A DNA stretch of 64,000 nt from Longimicrobiales bacterium (GCA_965248195.1 CBDFIQ010000002.1:768001-832000); one strand, 5' to 3'. Counted from the first letter of the stretch, positions 48,836 to 58,956 are shown. Numbers and translations are program-made. The notes: generated by a model from the sequence alone, not told the origin.

Positions 48836-50287
48836 ATGTCCCTGAAACTCTACGACACCCTGACCCGCTCGGTGAGGGATTTCGAGCCGGCCGATCCGCC
48901 CAGGGTCCGGCTCTACGCCTGCGGCCCCACCGTTTACGACCACGCACACATCGGCAACTACCGGGCCTTTCTGGTCTACGATCTGCTCCACCGCTACCTG
49001 CGGTGGTCCGGCTACGACGTGGACTTCGTCATGAACCTCACGGATGTGGACGACAAGACCATCGATCGGGCGTCCGAAGCGGGAAAGGACGTGCGGGAGT
49101 ACACGGCTCCGTTCACCGAGGACATCCTGGCGGACGCGCGAGCCCTCGGGATCCTTCCGGCTCGTAGCTATCCACTTGCCACCCGGTACGTGCCCCAGAT
49201 GGTGTCGTGGGTCGAGCGACTGGAGGAGAAGGGACTCGCCTATGCAGCGGAGGATGGGTGCGTCTATTTCTCGATCGGTGCGTTTCCCGCCTATGGCCGC
49301 CTCAAGGGCCTGGACCCCGAAGCCACACGCCCGGGTGCCCGCGTGAAGGACGACGAGTACGAGAAGGAAAACGTCCGCGACTTCGCGCTCTGGAAGGCGG
49401 CCAAGCCCACGGACGAGGCGGTGGGCGCCGCCTGGGATTCGCCGTGGGGGAGAGGACGGCCCGGCTGGCATTTGGAGTGCTCGGTCATGAGCATCGCCGA
49501 GCTCGGAGAGACGCTGGACATCCATATGGGCGGCGAAGACCTCGTCTTTCCCCATCACGAAAATGAGATCGCCCAGTCCGAGGGGGTCACCGGTAAGACC
49601 TTCGTGCGCCATTGGGTACACGTAAAGCATCTGGTGGTCGAGGGCGAGAAGATGTCCAAGTCGCTCGGGAACACCATTACCGTTCACCAACTGCTCGAGG
49701 AGGGGCTGGGGCCGGCCGCTATCCGTCATCAGCTGCTCGGCGCCCAGTACCGGCGGGAACTGAACTTCACACGCGACGGCCTCGCGGCTTCCGCCGCGGC
49801 TGTCCAGCGGCTTCTGGACTTCGAGGCGCGCTTGGCCGAGGCAGTCGGGGTGGACGGAGTGGACGTGAAGGATGGAGCCGGCGAGGGACGGCTGACCCGT
49901 CTGGCCGGTGAAGCCATGGGTACGTTTCGTGCCGCGCTCGAAGACGACCTCAACTCAGCCGAGGCCCTCGCCGCCTTGTTCGTCTTCGTGAATCGCGTGA
50001 ACGGCGAGTTGGATGCCGCTGCAGACGTCGCCGAGTCCGAGTTGGAGGCTGCGCGAGGGGCGCTCGCCTCGATGGATGAGGTGATGGGGCTTCTTAGCGT
50101 GGCACGTGAGGACCTCGAGGTGGATGACGACTTCGCGTCCGAGATCGTGTCACTCATCGCCGAGCGCACAGCCGCTCGGGAGGGCAGGGACTTCGCGCGT
50201 GCGGATGCCATCCGGGACGAGCTGGGCGAACGCGGCATCGTGCTCGAGGATTCCGCAGACGGCACGCGCTGGAAGCGGATGAGGTGA
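48836..50287 (+). CDS. cysS: cysteine--tRNA ligase
   Basis: CGPTVY, HIGN, DFALWK, GRPGWHLECS, FPHHENE and KMSKS motifs. Confidence 0.97.
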   Translation: MSLKLYDTLTRSVRDFEPADPPRVRLYACGPTVYDHAHIGNYRAFLVYDLLHRYLRWSGYDVDFVMNLTDVDDKTIDRASEAGKDVREYTAPFTEDILADARALGILPARSYPLATRYVPQMVSWVERLEEKGLAYAAEDGCVYFSIGAFPAYGRLKGLDPEATRPGARVKDDEYEKENVRDFALWKAAKPTDEAVGAAWDSPWGRGRPGWHLECSVMSIAELGETLDIHMGGEDLVFPHHENEIAQSEGVTGKTFVRHWVHVKHLVVEGEKMSKSLGNTITVHQLLEEGLGPAAIRHQLLGAQYRRELNFTRDGLAASAAAVQRLLDFEARLAEAVGVDGVDVKDGAGEGRLTRLAGEAMGTFRAALEDDLNSAEALAALFVFVNRVNGELDAAADVAESELEAARGALASMDEVMGLLSVAREDLEVDDDFASEIVSLIAERTAAREGRDFARADAIRDELGERGIVLEDSADGTRWKRMR

Positions 50288-50427
50288 CGTGATAGACCAG
50301 ACGAGTCCCTAGGCGAGAGGGCTTCCGCTTGCGCCTCCCGGTCCGCTCTCGGATGTTTGGCCCCACAACGCGATCCCGTCTCAGCTTGGGCTCTCGCCTC
50401 TTTCCGACCTAGACAGGAGGAAACCAA

Positions 50428-50826
50428 ATGCACAGGTACGCCGTGTCAGCCGTTGCGCTGGCGATGCTCTCCGTGGCCCTGGTGGCACAGACACCGCCGG
50501 TCATCGGCGATCGGTCCTCGCCTTTACGCCCGCTCCGGGGCGAGGACAACGTGGGAATCAGCAACGCCGTCCTTCGTGATCAGCCTGAGGTTCGCGCCCT
50601 GCGAGTCGTCGTGGAACCCGGCGGCACACGCGTGATCCATGCGCACGAGGGGGTCCAGTTTCATTTGTTCGTTCCAATCTCAGGCCCTATGGAGCTAAAC
50701 CTGGACGGAGGACAGTCCGTGGATGTGCAACCGTGGCACCCCTACTTCCTCGAGGAAGGCACCCGACACGGGTTCCACAACAGCGGCACCAGAGCGGTGG
50801 AGGTCATGGAGATCTTTGTCAGGTGA
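50428..50826 (+). CDS. secreted cupin domain protein
   Basis: AGGAGG RBS; signal peptide; PGG...HAH and GTRH...N motifs. Confidence 0.8.
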   Translation: MHRYAVSAVALAMLSVALVAQTPPVIGDRSSPLRPLRGEDNVGISNAVLRDQPEVRALRVVVEPGGTRVIHAHEGVQFHLFVPISGPMELNLDGGQSVDVQPWHPYFLEEGTRHGFHNSGTRAVEVMEIFVR

Positions 50827-50922
50827 GGAGATCACGCCTCGACGCACCCCTGGGAGAGTCGCTGCACCATCGAGCGTGGCGAAGCCGTATTGGAGGCACC
50901 AAGTGAGCGGACGGGCACGCGG

Positions 50923-52380
50923 ATGAACCGCCGCAAGGCCGTGCGCACGATGGGAGCCGCGGCCCTCGGTCTCGCGGCCGTGGCCCGGGATGGCGGTGCT
51001 GTGAGCAGGGCGGGACAAGAGGCCGGCGAAATCCTCATCCGGGGCGGGCGCGTCGTCAACGCGGACGCAAGCCGACTCGCCGACGTGCGCATTCTCGGGG
51101 ACACCATCGCCGAGATCGGGCCTGATCTCGCTCCCGGCTCCGGCGCCAGGATCATCGACGCGACAGGCCGGCTCGTCATCCCCGGCGGCGTTGATCCCCA
51201 CGCCCACCTGCAGGGATCCTTCGTCGACGATCTGACCAGCGGCACCGCTGCGGCGGTGGCAGGAGGTATCACGGCTGTCGGTACGTTCGCCAATCCACGC
51301 GAAGGCGAGAACGCCGTGGAAGCGCTGGATCGCTCCCTGGCAGAAGTTGCCGAGCACGCCATCGGCGACGTGTTCTTCCACGCCCGCACCTGGCCCCCGA
51401 CCCCCGAGCTCGCAGCGATGATGCCGGAGCTCGCGGCTCGTGGGCAGCCGAGCCACAAGGTCTTCATGGTCGCTCGGGACTTCGGCGCCCATCGGGCTGC
51501 GTTCATCGAGGTTCTGGAGGCTGCGCGGGACGCCGGCGTCGTCACGCTCATGCACTGTGAGGACGCGGCGATCCTGCAGGCGGCGCTTGGGCGACTGCGC
51601 GCCGAAGGGCGGACCTCACTCGAGCACTATGCCGAGAGCCGACCGGTGCTCGCCGAGGTGGCTGCGACGCAAGACGCTGTGGTGCTCTGTGAGCTGACCG
51701 GCGCACCCATGCACTTGGTTCACCTCTCGTGCGAGCGCGCACTCGACGCGGCCCGTAACGCTCACGCGGTGGGGCTTCCCCTCACGATCGAGACCCGCCC
51801 GCTCTACCTTTACTTCACCGACGAGGCGCTCCTGCGTGCGGACGGGCCGCTGTACGTGGGTCAGCCGCCGCTACGCCCGCAGAGCGACGTCCAAGCGATG
51901 TGGCGCGGCCTGGCGGACGGACGGATCACGTTCCTCGCGACGGATCACGCACCGTGGACGCGCGAGCAAAAAATGGACCCCGCGCTAGACGTAGGGCGGG
52001 TCCGCCCGGGCGTGAGCGACCTGCGCTTCATGCTGCCCGTTCTCTACTCCGAGGGGGTCCGCAAAGGGCGCATCTCCGAGGAACGTTTCGTCGAGGTCGT
52101 GTCCACTGGCGCCGCGCGCACGTTCGGCCTCTACCCCGAGCGCGGCGTCGTGCGCGAGGGCTCGCTAGCCGACCTCGTGGTCTTCGATCCACAGCTGGAG
52201 CGTACCGTGAGCGCCGCCGACGACCCCTCCCGCTCGGACTACACGCCGTTCGAGGGCTGGACCGTCACCGGGTGGCCGGTGACCACGATCCGACGGGGCG
52301 AGGTGGTCTACGAGGACGGCCGGGTTACGGGACAACCCGGGTCTGGACGGCCAGCGGAGAGGCGGCCCCGAAGCGCCTAG
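50923..52380 (+). CDS. dihydropyrimidinase/hydantoinase-like amidohydrolase with a Tat-like signal
   Basis: MNRRKAV; PGGVDPHAH, HKVFM, MHCED, VHLS, TDHAP and ADLVVFDP motifs. Confidence 0.88.
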   Translation: MNRRKAVRTMGAAALGLAAVARDGGAVSRAGQEAGEILIRGGRVVNADASRLADVRILGDTIAEIGPDLAPGSGARIIDATGRLVIPGGVDPHAHLQGSFVDDLTSGTAAAVAGGITAVGTFANPREGENAVEALDRSLAEVAEHAIGDVFFHARTWPPTPELAAMMPELAARGQPSHKVFMVARDFGAHRAAFIEVLEAARDAGVVTLMHCEDAAILQAALGRLRAEGRTSLEHYAESRPVLAEVAATQDAVVLCELTGAPMHLVHLSCERALDAARNAHAVGLPLTIETRPLYLYFTDEALLRADGPLYVGQPPLRPQSDVQAMWRGLADGRITFLATDHAPWTREQKMDPALDVGRVRPGVSDLRFMLPVLYSEGVRKGRISEERFVEVVSTGAARTFGLYPERGVVREGSLADLVVFDPQLERTVSAADDPSRSDYTPFEGWTVTGWPVTTIRRGEVVYEDGRVTGQPGSGRPAERRPRSA

Positions 52381-52422
52381 GGGCGGGTGGCCGCCTGTTC
52401 CATCCGTCAGCGCAGGACCGGC

Positions 52423-53367
52423 TCAACCCTCCGGCCAGTCGATCGAGCCACGCGCCTTCAATTCGAGTGGAAGAAGGGCAGAGTAGAAGAAGGTGTGAAC
52501 CGGTACCTGGACCCCCGCTTCGACGGCCTGCCGAACGACCGCCCCCGAGAGCGCGTCGAGCTCCGTTCGGACGCCGTCCCGAAAATCCCGTTGTAGAGAG
52601 CTCGTGCCGTCGGCGGGAAGTCCATCGATGAATTGGAGCGTCTGCTCTACGCTCTCAGGAGGGAGCCCGACTCCCTTGGCCTTCGCCAGGTCGAAGACCT
52701 CCTCCACCGCCCTCACGAGCAGGGACCTCGGTTGGGGGAGGCTTCGAAACACACCGATCGGTGCCTGGGTGATCGAGCCGAGGCCACTCAGCGGGGCGAA
52801 GAAGAGGAACTTCCGCCACAACGCCACACCGATTTCGTCGGCGATCTCGACCGTGAGCCCGTGCGCCTTGTCCAGCGCCTCGGCCACCGACTCGATCGGC
52901 ACTGATCCGCCCCCTGGACGCTCCCCGATCGTGAGGTTCGGGTCGATGCCTGCGTGGCGGATCACGCCGGGTCCCTCGACGAAGCTGATGATGCGGCAAG
53001 TACCTCCCAAGACACGCGAGGGAGACACGAACGTGGACAGGACGTCGGCCGCCTCCACCCCGTTTTGTAGCCCGAACACGACGGTGTCCGCACCGACGAG
53101 TGGCTCCACGACGTCGGCGAGGGAAGCGAGCTGCCACGACTTTGTCGCCACCACGACGACGTCGACTTCACCCACATCCGAAGCACTCCCGACGGCGGGC
53201 ACATCGACACGTGCGTCCCCGAGAGGGCTGTGGAGGAGGAGGCCCTTGGAGTTGATCGCCTCGAGATGGGCTCCTCTAGCGAGCAGGGTGACGTCCAGCC
53301 CGGCTTCGGCCCATCGGGCTCCGAAGTATCCGCCGACGCCGCCCGCGCCGATTACAGCGACCTTCAA
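52423..53367 (-). CDS. panE: 2-dehydropantoate 2-reductase
   Basis: GAGGVGG, TKS, LQNG, W.K and SSLQRD...TELD motifs. Confidence 0.92.
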   Translation of the reverse strand: MKVAVIGAGGVGGYFGARWAEAGLDVTLLARGAHLEAINSKGLLLHSPLGDARVDVPAVGSASDVGEVDVVVVATKSWQLASLADVVEPLVGADTVVFGLQNGVEAADVLSTFVSPSRVLGGTCRIISFVEGPGVIRHAGIDPNLTIGERPGGGSVPIESVAEALDKAHGLTVEIADEIGVALWRKFLFFAPLSGLGSITQAPIGVFRSLPQPRSLLVRAVEEVFDLAKAKGVGLPPESVEQTLQFIDGLPADGTSSLQRDFRDGVRTELDALSGAVVRQAVEAGVQVPVHTFFYSALLPLELKARGSIDWPEG

Positions 53368-53421
53368 TGTTCCTCACTCTCGTCCATGCGACTCGGGTCG
53401 AAGTTTTGACGGGTCGGTGAG

Positions 53422-53569
53422 AACGTGACGGGTAGGACGAAAGCGGTCAACACGATGTTGTCCACCACGTCCGATGCCCGGCCTCCACCCAGAATCCCGA
53501 TGTAGGGCTCACGATCTGCCGTTCTTTCCTTGCCCTTATGTTGACCGCTTCGGTCCTGCGCCTCACGTT
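53422..53569. promoter_or_regulatory. 31-bp imperfect inverted repeat; each arm resembles an outward-facing sigma70 promoter
   Basis: 53422-53452 and 53539-53569 match at 26/31; each reads TTGACC-N17-CACGTT. Confidence 0.6.
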
Positions 53570-53643
53570 ATACCCACCCCTCGGAGGGCTCTTTGAAAAG
53601 ACTGCCGGTCAGTGGGGTGGATCCCGCTGGAATGGAGGTTGAA

Positions 53644-54762
53644 ATGAGCAATCGTATGGCAGTGGTTGGTCGAGGCCATCAGGTGATGTCGCGTTACTCC
53701 GCTCTGCTTCTGGCCGTTCTCTGTGCAACCGCAGCCCACGGAGTCGTCTCGACAGCGGCGGCTCAGGCTCGAGCCTCCGACGCCGGAAAGTGGGAAGTCC
53801 TCAGGACCCCCGACGGCCATCCGGACCTCCAGGGAAACTGGACGAACATGACGCTCACTCCGTTTGAGCGGGAAGAGGGTAGGGGTCCGGTGTTCACGTG
53901 GGCGGAAGTAGAGGAGCTGGAGCAGCCATCAGGAGATTGCCCCGCTAACCCAGGGACCGTCGAGTGCGGAAGGGAGGACAACCAAGGGGATGAGTCTCTG
54001 AGTAATGAGCGTCGACTGAGTGGCGCGGAGTACAGCGAGGTCTATTGGGATCGGGGCTCGCGGGTAGCCATCGTCGATGGCGAGCCCAGAACCTCTCTGG
54101 TCACCCATCCGGCGAATGGGCGCCGTCCGGCCCTCACGCCGGAGGGCGAGCGGTGGGTCCAGGAGTCCCGGGACTTCAGGGACCAATTCGGCCTATACGA
54201 CCACCCGGAGCTGAGGCCACTCGGCGAGCGCTGCATCATCAACAGTTCCACTTCCAACCCTGCCGGACCCCCCATGGTCCCCAAGACCTCCTACAACGGC
54301 AACTTCACAATCGTACAGACGGCCGATCACGTGGTGATCATGGTGGAGATGATCCATGACGCGCGGATTATCCGGATCGGATCAGGCCCGCGGCTGCCCA
54401 CGCACATTCGCCCGTGGTTCGGCGACTCTTGGGCTCGGTGGGAAGGTGACGCACTCGTGGTCGAGACCACGAACATCAATCCACAACAGACTCTCGCGGG
54501 AGTCCCTCCCTCGGAGCACATGAGGGTGACCGAGCGCTTCACTCGGGTCGACGAAGAGACGATCCTTTACGAGTTCACCGTCGAGGATCCGACGATGTAC
54601 ACCCAAGCTTGGGGAGGAGAGATCCCGCTGAAGAAGTTCGACGACATGCTCTACGAGTACGCCTGCCACGAGGGCAACTACAGTATGGCCGGCGTGCTGA
54701 GCGGCGCGCGTTATGAGGAGAGAATGGAAGCGCAGGGAGCGAGTGACTCTAGGCGTGATTGA
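53644..54762 (+). CDS. secreted hypothetical protein
   Basis: GGAGG RBS; signal peptide; RTPDGHPDLQGNW, GDS..RWEGD.LVVET and YEYACHEGN. Confidence 0.8.
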   Translation: MSNRMAVVGRGHQVMSRYSALLLAVLCATAAHGVVSTAAAQARASDAGKWEVLRTPDGHPDLQGNWTNMTLTPFEREEGRGPVFTWAEVEELEQPSGDCPANPGTVECGREDNQGDESLSNERRLSGAEYSEVYWDRGSRVAIVDGEPRTSLVTHPANGRRPALTPEGERWVQESRDFRDQFGLYDHPELRPLGERCIINSSTSNPAGPPMVPKTSYNGNFTIVQTADHVVIMVEMIHDARIIRIGSGPRLPTHIRPWFGDSWARWEGDALVVETTNINPQQTLAGVPPSEHMRVTERFTRVDEETILYEFTVEDPTMYTQAWGGEIPLKKFDDMLYEYACHEGNYSMAGVLSGARYEERMEAQGASDSRRD

Positions 54763-54811
54763 GAGCCCTACTTCAAAGAGCCCATGGGGTTCAGGGGGGC
54801 GCCGGGTCCAC

Positions 54812-54851
54812 TATCGCGACTTCCCCCCGTTTATCGCGACTTCCCCCCGTT
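54812..54851. repeat. 2 x 20-bp tandem duplication spanning a stop codon
   Basis: TATCGCGACTTCCCCCCGTT twice. Confidence 0.9.
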
Positions 54852-55793
54852 CTGCGCGTGAGCGAGAACCTCCACGACGCGGGAGACGCCCATGACGACC
54901 CGTGCCAATCGGTCGTAGTCGATCCGGTCCGGCGTGTCCTGAGGCGTGTGGTAGTGGGGGTACCGGAAGGGCGCGGTATCGGTGATCATGACGCCCGGGT
55001 ATCCCTCCCGCCAAAACGACCACTGGTCGGACCAGCCGATCCCGGGGATCCACGCCGGGGCGGCTAAGCCTTCCGAAGGAAACTCCGTCGACTCACGGAA
55101 CGCGCGAATGGCTCGGCGGGTCAGGCCGCGTGACCCCAGGTTCCCGACGAACCCGACGAAGTTGCCCGTGTCCGGATAGAAGAAGCTGAACGGGAACGGG
55201 TATTTCTGGCTTCCCGGTTCGTCCGCATAGAACCCGATGGTCTCCAGGGAGAGCATCGCTACAACGTTCTCGTCACGCTCCCTGCACCTTCTTGCATACA
55301 CGCGACTCCCCATCACGTCGGTTTGGAAGAAGGGAGGCTCTTCGTTCACGAAGGCTACGAGCCGGACCGTCCGGTCCATGGTCCGTGTGGGCAGCAGCCG
55401 GGCCAGTTCAAGGACGGCGGCCACTCCGGTCGTGTTGTCGTTGGCCCCGGCACAACCGGGCACGGTGTCGTAGTGTGCGCCAACGATCACAATATCACCG
55501 GGTGAGGCGGTCCCGGAGATCTCCACCTCGATATAGCGGACTGTCAGGGGAGGCTCGAGACGGACGTCGTAGGTCTGCTCGGCGACCTGGTATATGGATC
55601 CGTTGAACGCGCGGCGGATGTATTCCTCGGCTCGCGCCAGGGCATCCGGCGTGATCACGTTTCGCTCGCCGATGTCGCCTGCGAGAGCCTGGACATGGGA
55701 TTCGAGCCGGCCTCGCAGCTCGGTCTCGTCGTCGGTCAGTTCCGGTAGGGGGCCGTGAAAGGACCGGCCCGGCATGCCGAACATCCAACTCAT
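54831..55793 (-). CDS. M28 family peptidase
   Basis: GAHYD, GANDN, NEEPP, SDQ and YH...DT motifs. Confidence 0.88.
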   Translation of the reverse strand: MSWMFGMPGRSFHGPLPELTDDETELRGRLESHVQALAGDIGERNVITPDALARAEEYIRRAFNGSIYQVAEQTYDVRLEPPLTVRYIEVEISGTASPGDIVIVGAHYDTVPGCAGANDNTTGVAAVLELARLLPTRTMDRTVRLVAFVNEEPPFFQTDVMGSRVYARRCRERDENVVAMLSLETIGFYADEPGSQKYPFPFSFFYPDTGNFVGFVGNLGSRGLTRRAIRAFRESTEFPSEGLAAPAWIPGIGWSDQWSFWREGYPGVMITDTAPFRYPHYHTPQDTPDRIDYDRLARVVMGVSRVVEVLAHAQNGGKSR

Positions 55794-55826
55794 CCTCGGG
55801 TTGCTCGCCTGCCCTGGGCGCCGAGA

Positions 55827-56876
55827 CTAGCCGAGGCCCAGTTGCCCGTAACAAACCGTTCCCGGCACTTCGCCCGACTGCCACCAGATCACGTGCACCG
55901 TGCCCGACCCGTCCGTGACGACCTCAGTTTGCTGCATGAACTGGATGCCGCTCTGAGCCTGGAATTGGGCGAGGGTCTCCACCTCCTGGGTCCCGACGCG
56001 AAGTACCGTCATCTCAGACCGGGTCTGGATCGCTACGATGGGCTCGCCGTTCTCGGTCAGATCGAGAGTCGCGATATCCCGCGCCCCGCCGAAGCCGATC
56101 GTGAAATCCGTCACCGACATAAGGTCCTGAAATTCGAACGCGCCCACCGCCCCCTTCGCGTAGCGAATTACACCACCCCCCGATGCGTCCACGGCCAAGT
56201 ATACGAGATGCAACGTGCTTCCATCCGGGTCGACCTCCATGTCCGGAAATCGACCGATCTCGGAGCGGCCTCCCAGTGGTTCAATGGTGGAAACGGTCCA
56301 GGTATTCGGCCCTCCCCGGGTAGCAATCTTACCAACGCCGGCAACGTCGTCGAAGAATGCGGCGTGGATTCCGTCAGGTGTGTAGACAATGGCGGTGCCG
56401 CCCGCGTAGTCGAAGCTCCCTGGCGCGGCCAACTCGATGTCCCAGCTCGATCCGTCCCATCTTCCGTAGTTGAGTCCCCGGCCTGAGAATCCGCTGGGAT
56501 CATAGGTTGCGGTATGCAGCGTGCCATCGGGACCGATGACTCCCGTGTTGTACCATCCGTCGTGCCCGACATTCGCCATCGGCTGCAGCGTAAAGCGGCT
56601 GCCCGAACGGACCGCGAGTACCTGGTCCTCCCGGTCGTGGTCGTGATAGAGGATGCGCGGCTGGCCGTCGTCCGCGAGGAGGATGTCAATCGGACCGTAG
56701 AAGTACCCGTTGGCGATGAGCTCGCTCTGGCCGGGAGAGGACGCGCCGGCGGAAAGGCTGGCGTAGCGCACCCATCCGCTCGTGGCTTCGCTCATGAACG
56801 TCGCGTGGACTGTGCCGTCAGGTCCCACGGCGATAGCAGGCTTCGTACCCGCGCTGAAGCGTGTGAACCGCCACCC
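55827..56876 (-). pseudogene. beta-propeller-like protein, 5' end cut by IS256
   Basis: Repeated D.DG..H blades; frame runs up to the IS end without a start codon or signal peptide. Confidence 0.65.
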
Positions 56877-58252
56877 GGTAGTGTCCCTAGATTTGTGTAA
56901 AAGCGGATAAGCTGGACAGGAGGGAAAGAAAAACGGAAGCTCCTCTGTTGTTGTTCACTGTCACATGAACCCGGGAGTCCGGGTCTGCAGAGCAGGCTCG
57001 GAACCGGAGAGGAGCTTCCGATGCAAGAGATTGTGGAGATCGGTCGGGCCACGCAAGACGAGCTACGCGATGATTTGCGCGAGCTGTTTCAAGGCGCGAT
57101 CCGGCTGACGCTCGAGATGGTGCTGGAAGAGGAGCTGAAGGCCATGGTAGGTGCACGCCGCTTCGAGCGGGTGGGAAGCCGGAAGGACCATAGGAACGGC
57201 ACATACCTGAGGCGGCTGCTGACGAGCCTGGGGCAGATCGAGGTCGCCATGCCCCGGAGCCGGGACAACGGTTCGCCGGCCGACGTGATCGGCCGCTACC
57301 AGCGCAGGAGCCCCGAGCTCGACGAGATGATGGTCGAGGCGTATGTGAGCGGCGTGTCACAGCGCAAGATGGGCGACGTCACCGAGGCGCTGATGGGCGA
57401 GCGTGTTGGGCGCTCGACGGTGAGTCGTGTGGCAAAACGGCTCGACGAGGCCGTGGAAGGGCTGCGCCGTGCGCCGATCGAGGGGCCTCACCCCTATCTG
57501 TACCTGGACGCCACGTTCTTGGACGCCCGCTGGGCCCGCAAAGTCGAGAACGTGAGTGCGCTCGTGGCGTATGCAGTGGGCCCTGAGGGTCACCGACGGC
57601 TCCTGGCCGTCACGCTGGGCGCTGAGGAGTCGCAGCAGAGCTGGTCGGAGCTCCTCGAGCAACTCCAGGACCGCGGCCTCGGCGGTGTCGAGCTCGTGAT
57701 CGCCGATGAGCACGCAGGCCTGGCAGCTGCGGTCCGCCGCTTCCTGCCCGAGGCACGCCGTCAGAGGTGTACGGTCCATCTGCAGCGTAATGTGGGGGCG
57801 AGGGTCCCCCACCGCCTACGCAAGCGCATGGCGCGTGAGGTCTCGGTGATCTTCCAGACATCCGGACTCGCCGAGGCGAAGAAGCTCCTGGGCGAGTTCG
57901 GCGCACGCTGGAAGAAGGAGCTGCCCGAGGCCGTGGAGGTCCTGGAGCGGGGCTTCGGGGCAGCGACGCAGTTCTACGCGTTCCCCGAGGCGCACTGGCC
58001 CCGGCTGCGTACCACCAACAGCCTCGAGCGGCTGCACGGCGAGATCAAACGCAGGATCAAGGCCGCCGGCGCCTTCCCGGACCGGGCCAGCGCCCTCAGG
58101 CTCATCACGGCCGTCGCACTCAGGACCACACACGTCTGGGGCGACCGGCGTTACCTCGACCTCTCACTCCTCCAGAAACAGGAGGTCGCCCAAGCAGCCT
58201 AGCCGAAGGCGAGGAGCTTCCTCCGCTTTTACACACAAATCGGGACTTGACC
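56877..58252 (+). mobile_element. IS256 family insertion sequence
   Basis: IRL GGTAGTGTCCCTAGATTTGTGTAAAAGCGGA; IRR (reverse complement) GGTCAAGTCCCGATTTGTGTGTAAAAGCGGA; no TSD. Confidence 0.88.
57021..58202 (+). CDS. IS256 (Mutator-like) DDE transposase
   Basis: RNG...R, GVS.R, YLDAT, IADEH.G, QRCTVH and TTNSLER motifs. Confidence 0.94.
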   Translation: MQEIVEIGRATQDELRDDLRELFQGAIRLTLEMVLEEELKAMVGARRFERVGSRKDHRNGTYLRRLLTSLGQIEVAMPRSRDNGSPADVIGRYQRRSPELDEMMVEAYVSGVSQRKMGDVTEALMGERVGRSTVSRVAKRLDEAVEGLRRAPIEGPHPYLYLDATFLDARWARKVENVSALVAYAVGPEGHRRLLAVTLGAEESQQSWSELLEQLQDRGLGGVELVIADEHAGLAAAVRRFLPEARRQRCTVHLQRNVGARVPHRLRKRMAREVSVIFQTSGLAEAKKLLGEFGARWKKELPEAVEVLERGFGAATQFYAFPEAHWPRLRTTNSLERLHGEIKRRIKAAGAFPDRASALRLITAVALRTTHVWGDRRYLDLSLLQKQEVAQAA

Positions 58253-58956
58253 CGGAAATCGGTGATGGCTGCACATCCGCCCCACCTCCAACATCGTGGG
58301 CGAATGAAGTGGATGGAGGCCGTGGGATTCTGGCAGCACTCGCCGTTGGATATCGCCGAGGACATCTGAGGATCGAGGGAGAGTATTTCTATCAAACCAC
58401 GAGCTATGATGATTACTCCCCGACGCGTATTGGCGACGAGGAGACACTGACCAAGGCCGACCAAGAACTCGAAATCGCAGATGGTGGAGTCGACGACCTG
58501 TTAGCGCACAACTTTTTCGGCAATCTGTATTATGACTTCGCTCCCAACTCACGGATAACACCCTATGTGGGGGTCGGCGCAGGTGTTGCACGAGTGTCGC
58601 TCGATTATTTCAGTCGATGGAAGCGGAATGACGATCCCGACCAAATCACGACATTTCGTGACCCTGTCCTGAAGGCCAGGATTGCCGGCACGACAACCAT
58701 CGGTATGGCCAAGTTGTCGGACACGTTGCTTGCCTACCAAGCTGTCGCAGGTGTGGATTATCAAGTCAGCGAACGAATCACCATGGGGTTCAAGGTGCGA
58801 TGGGTTAATTTCGGCGAATTCGAGGATGGAGCGGAGTGGGATCAACTCCGCAGTCACGAGTCCACCGTTGGCCGTGACTTTCGAGTTCGATATGTCGCGA
58901 CAACGGATGACATTTCGTTTTGGGGGATTAGTTTCAACACGAAGTATCAGTTTTGA
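58253..58956 (+). pseudogene. outer-membrane beta-barrel (opacity/OmpA-like), 5' end cut by IS256
   Basis: RIEGEY, NLYYDF, TPYVGVGAG, AYQAVAGVDY and terminal YQF; frame open to the IS end; no signal peptide. Confidence 0.75.

Noticed and set aside
50311..50399. AGGCGAGAG/CTCTCGCCT inverted repeat upstream of the cupin
   Set aside because: Only 9 bp in GC-rich sequence, with no further support
50903..50926. GGAGG-GTG short ORF overlapping the hydantoinase ATG as a frameshift
   Set aside because: ATG 50923 already gives a complete Tat-like N-terminus, so chance cannot be excluded
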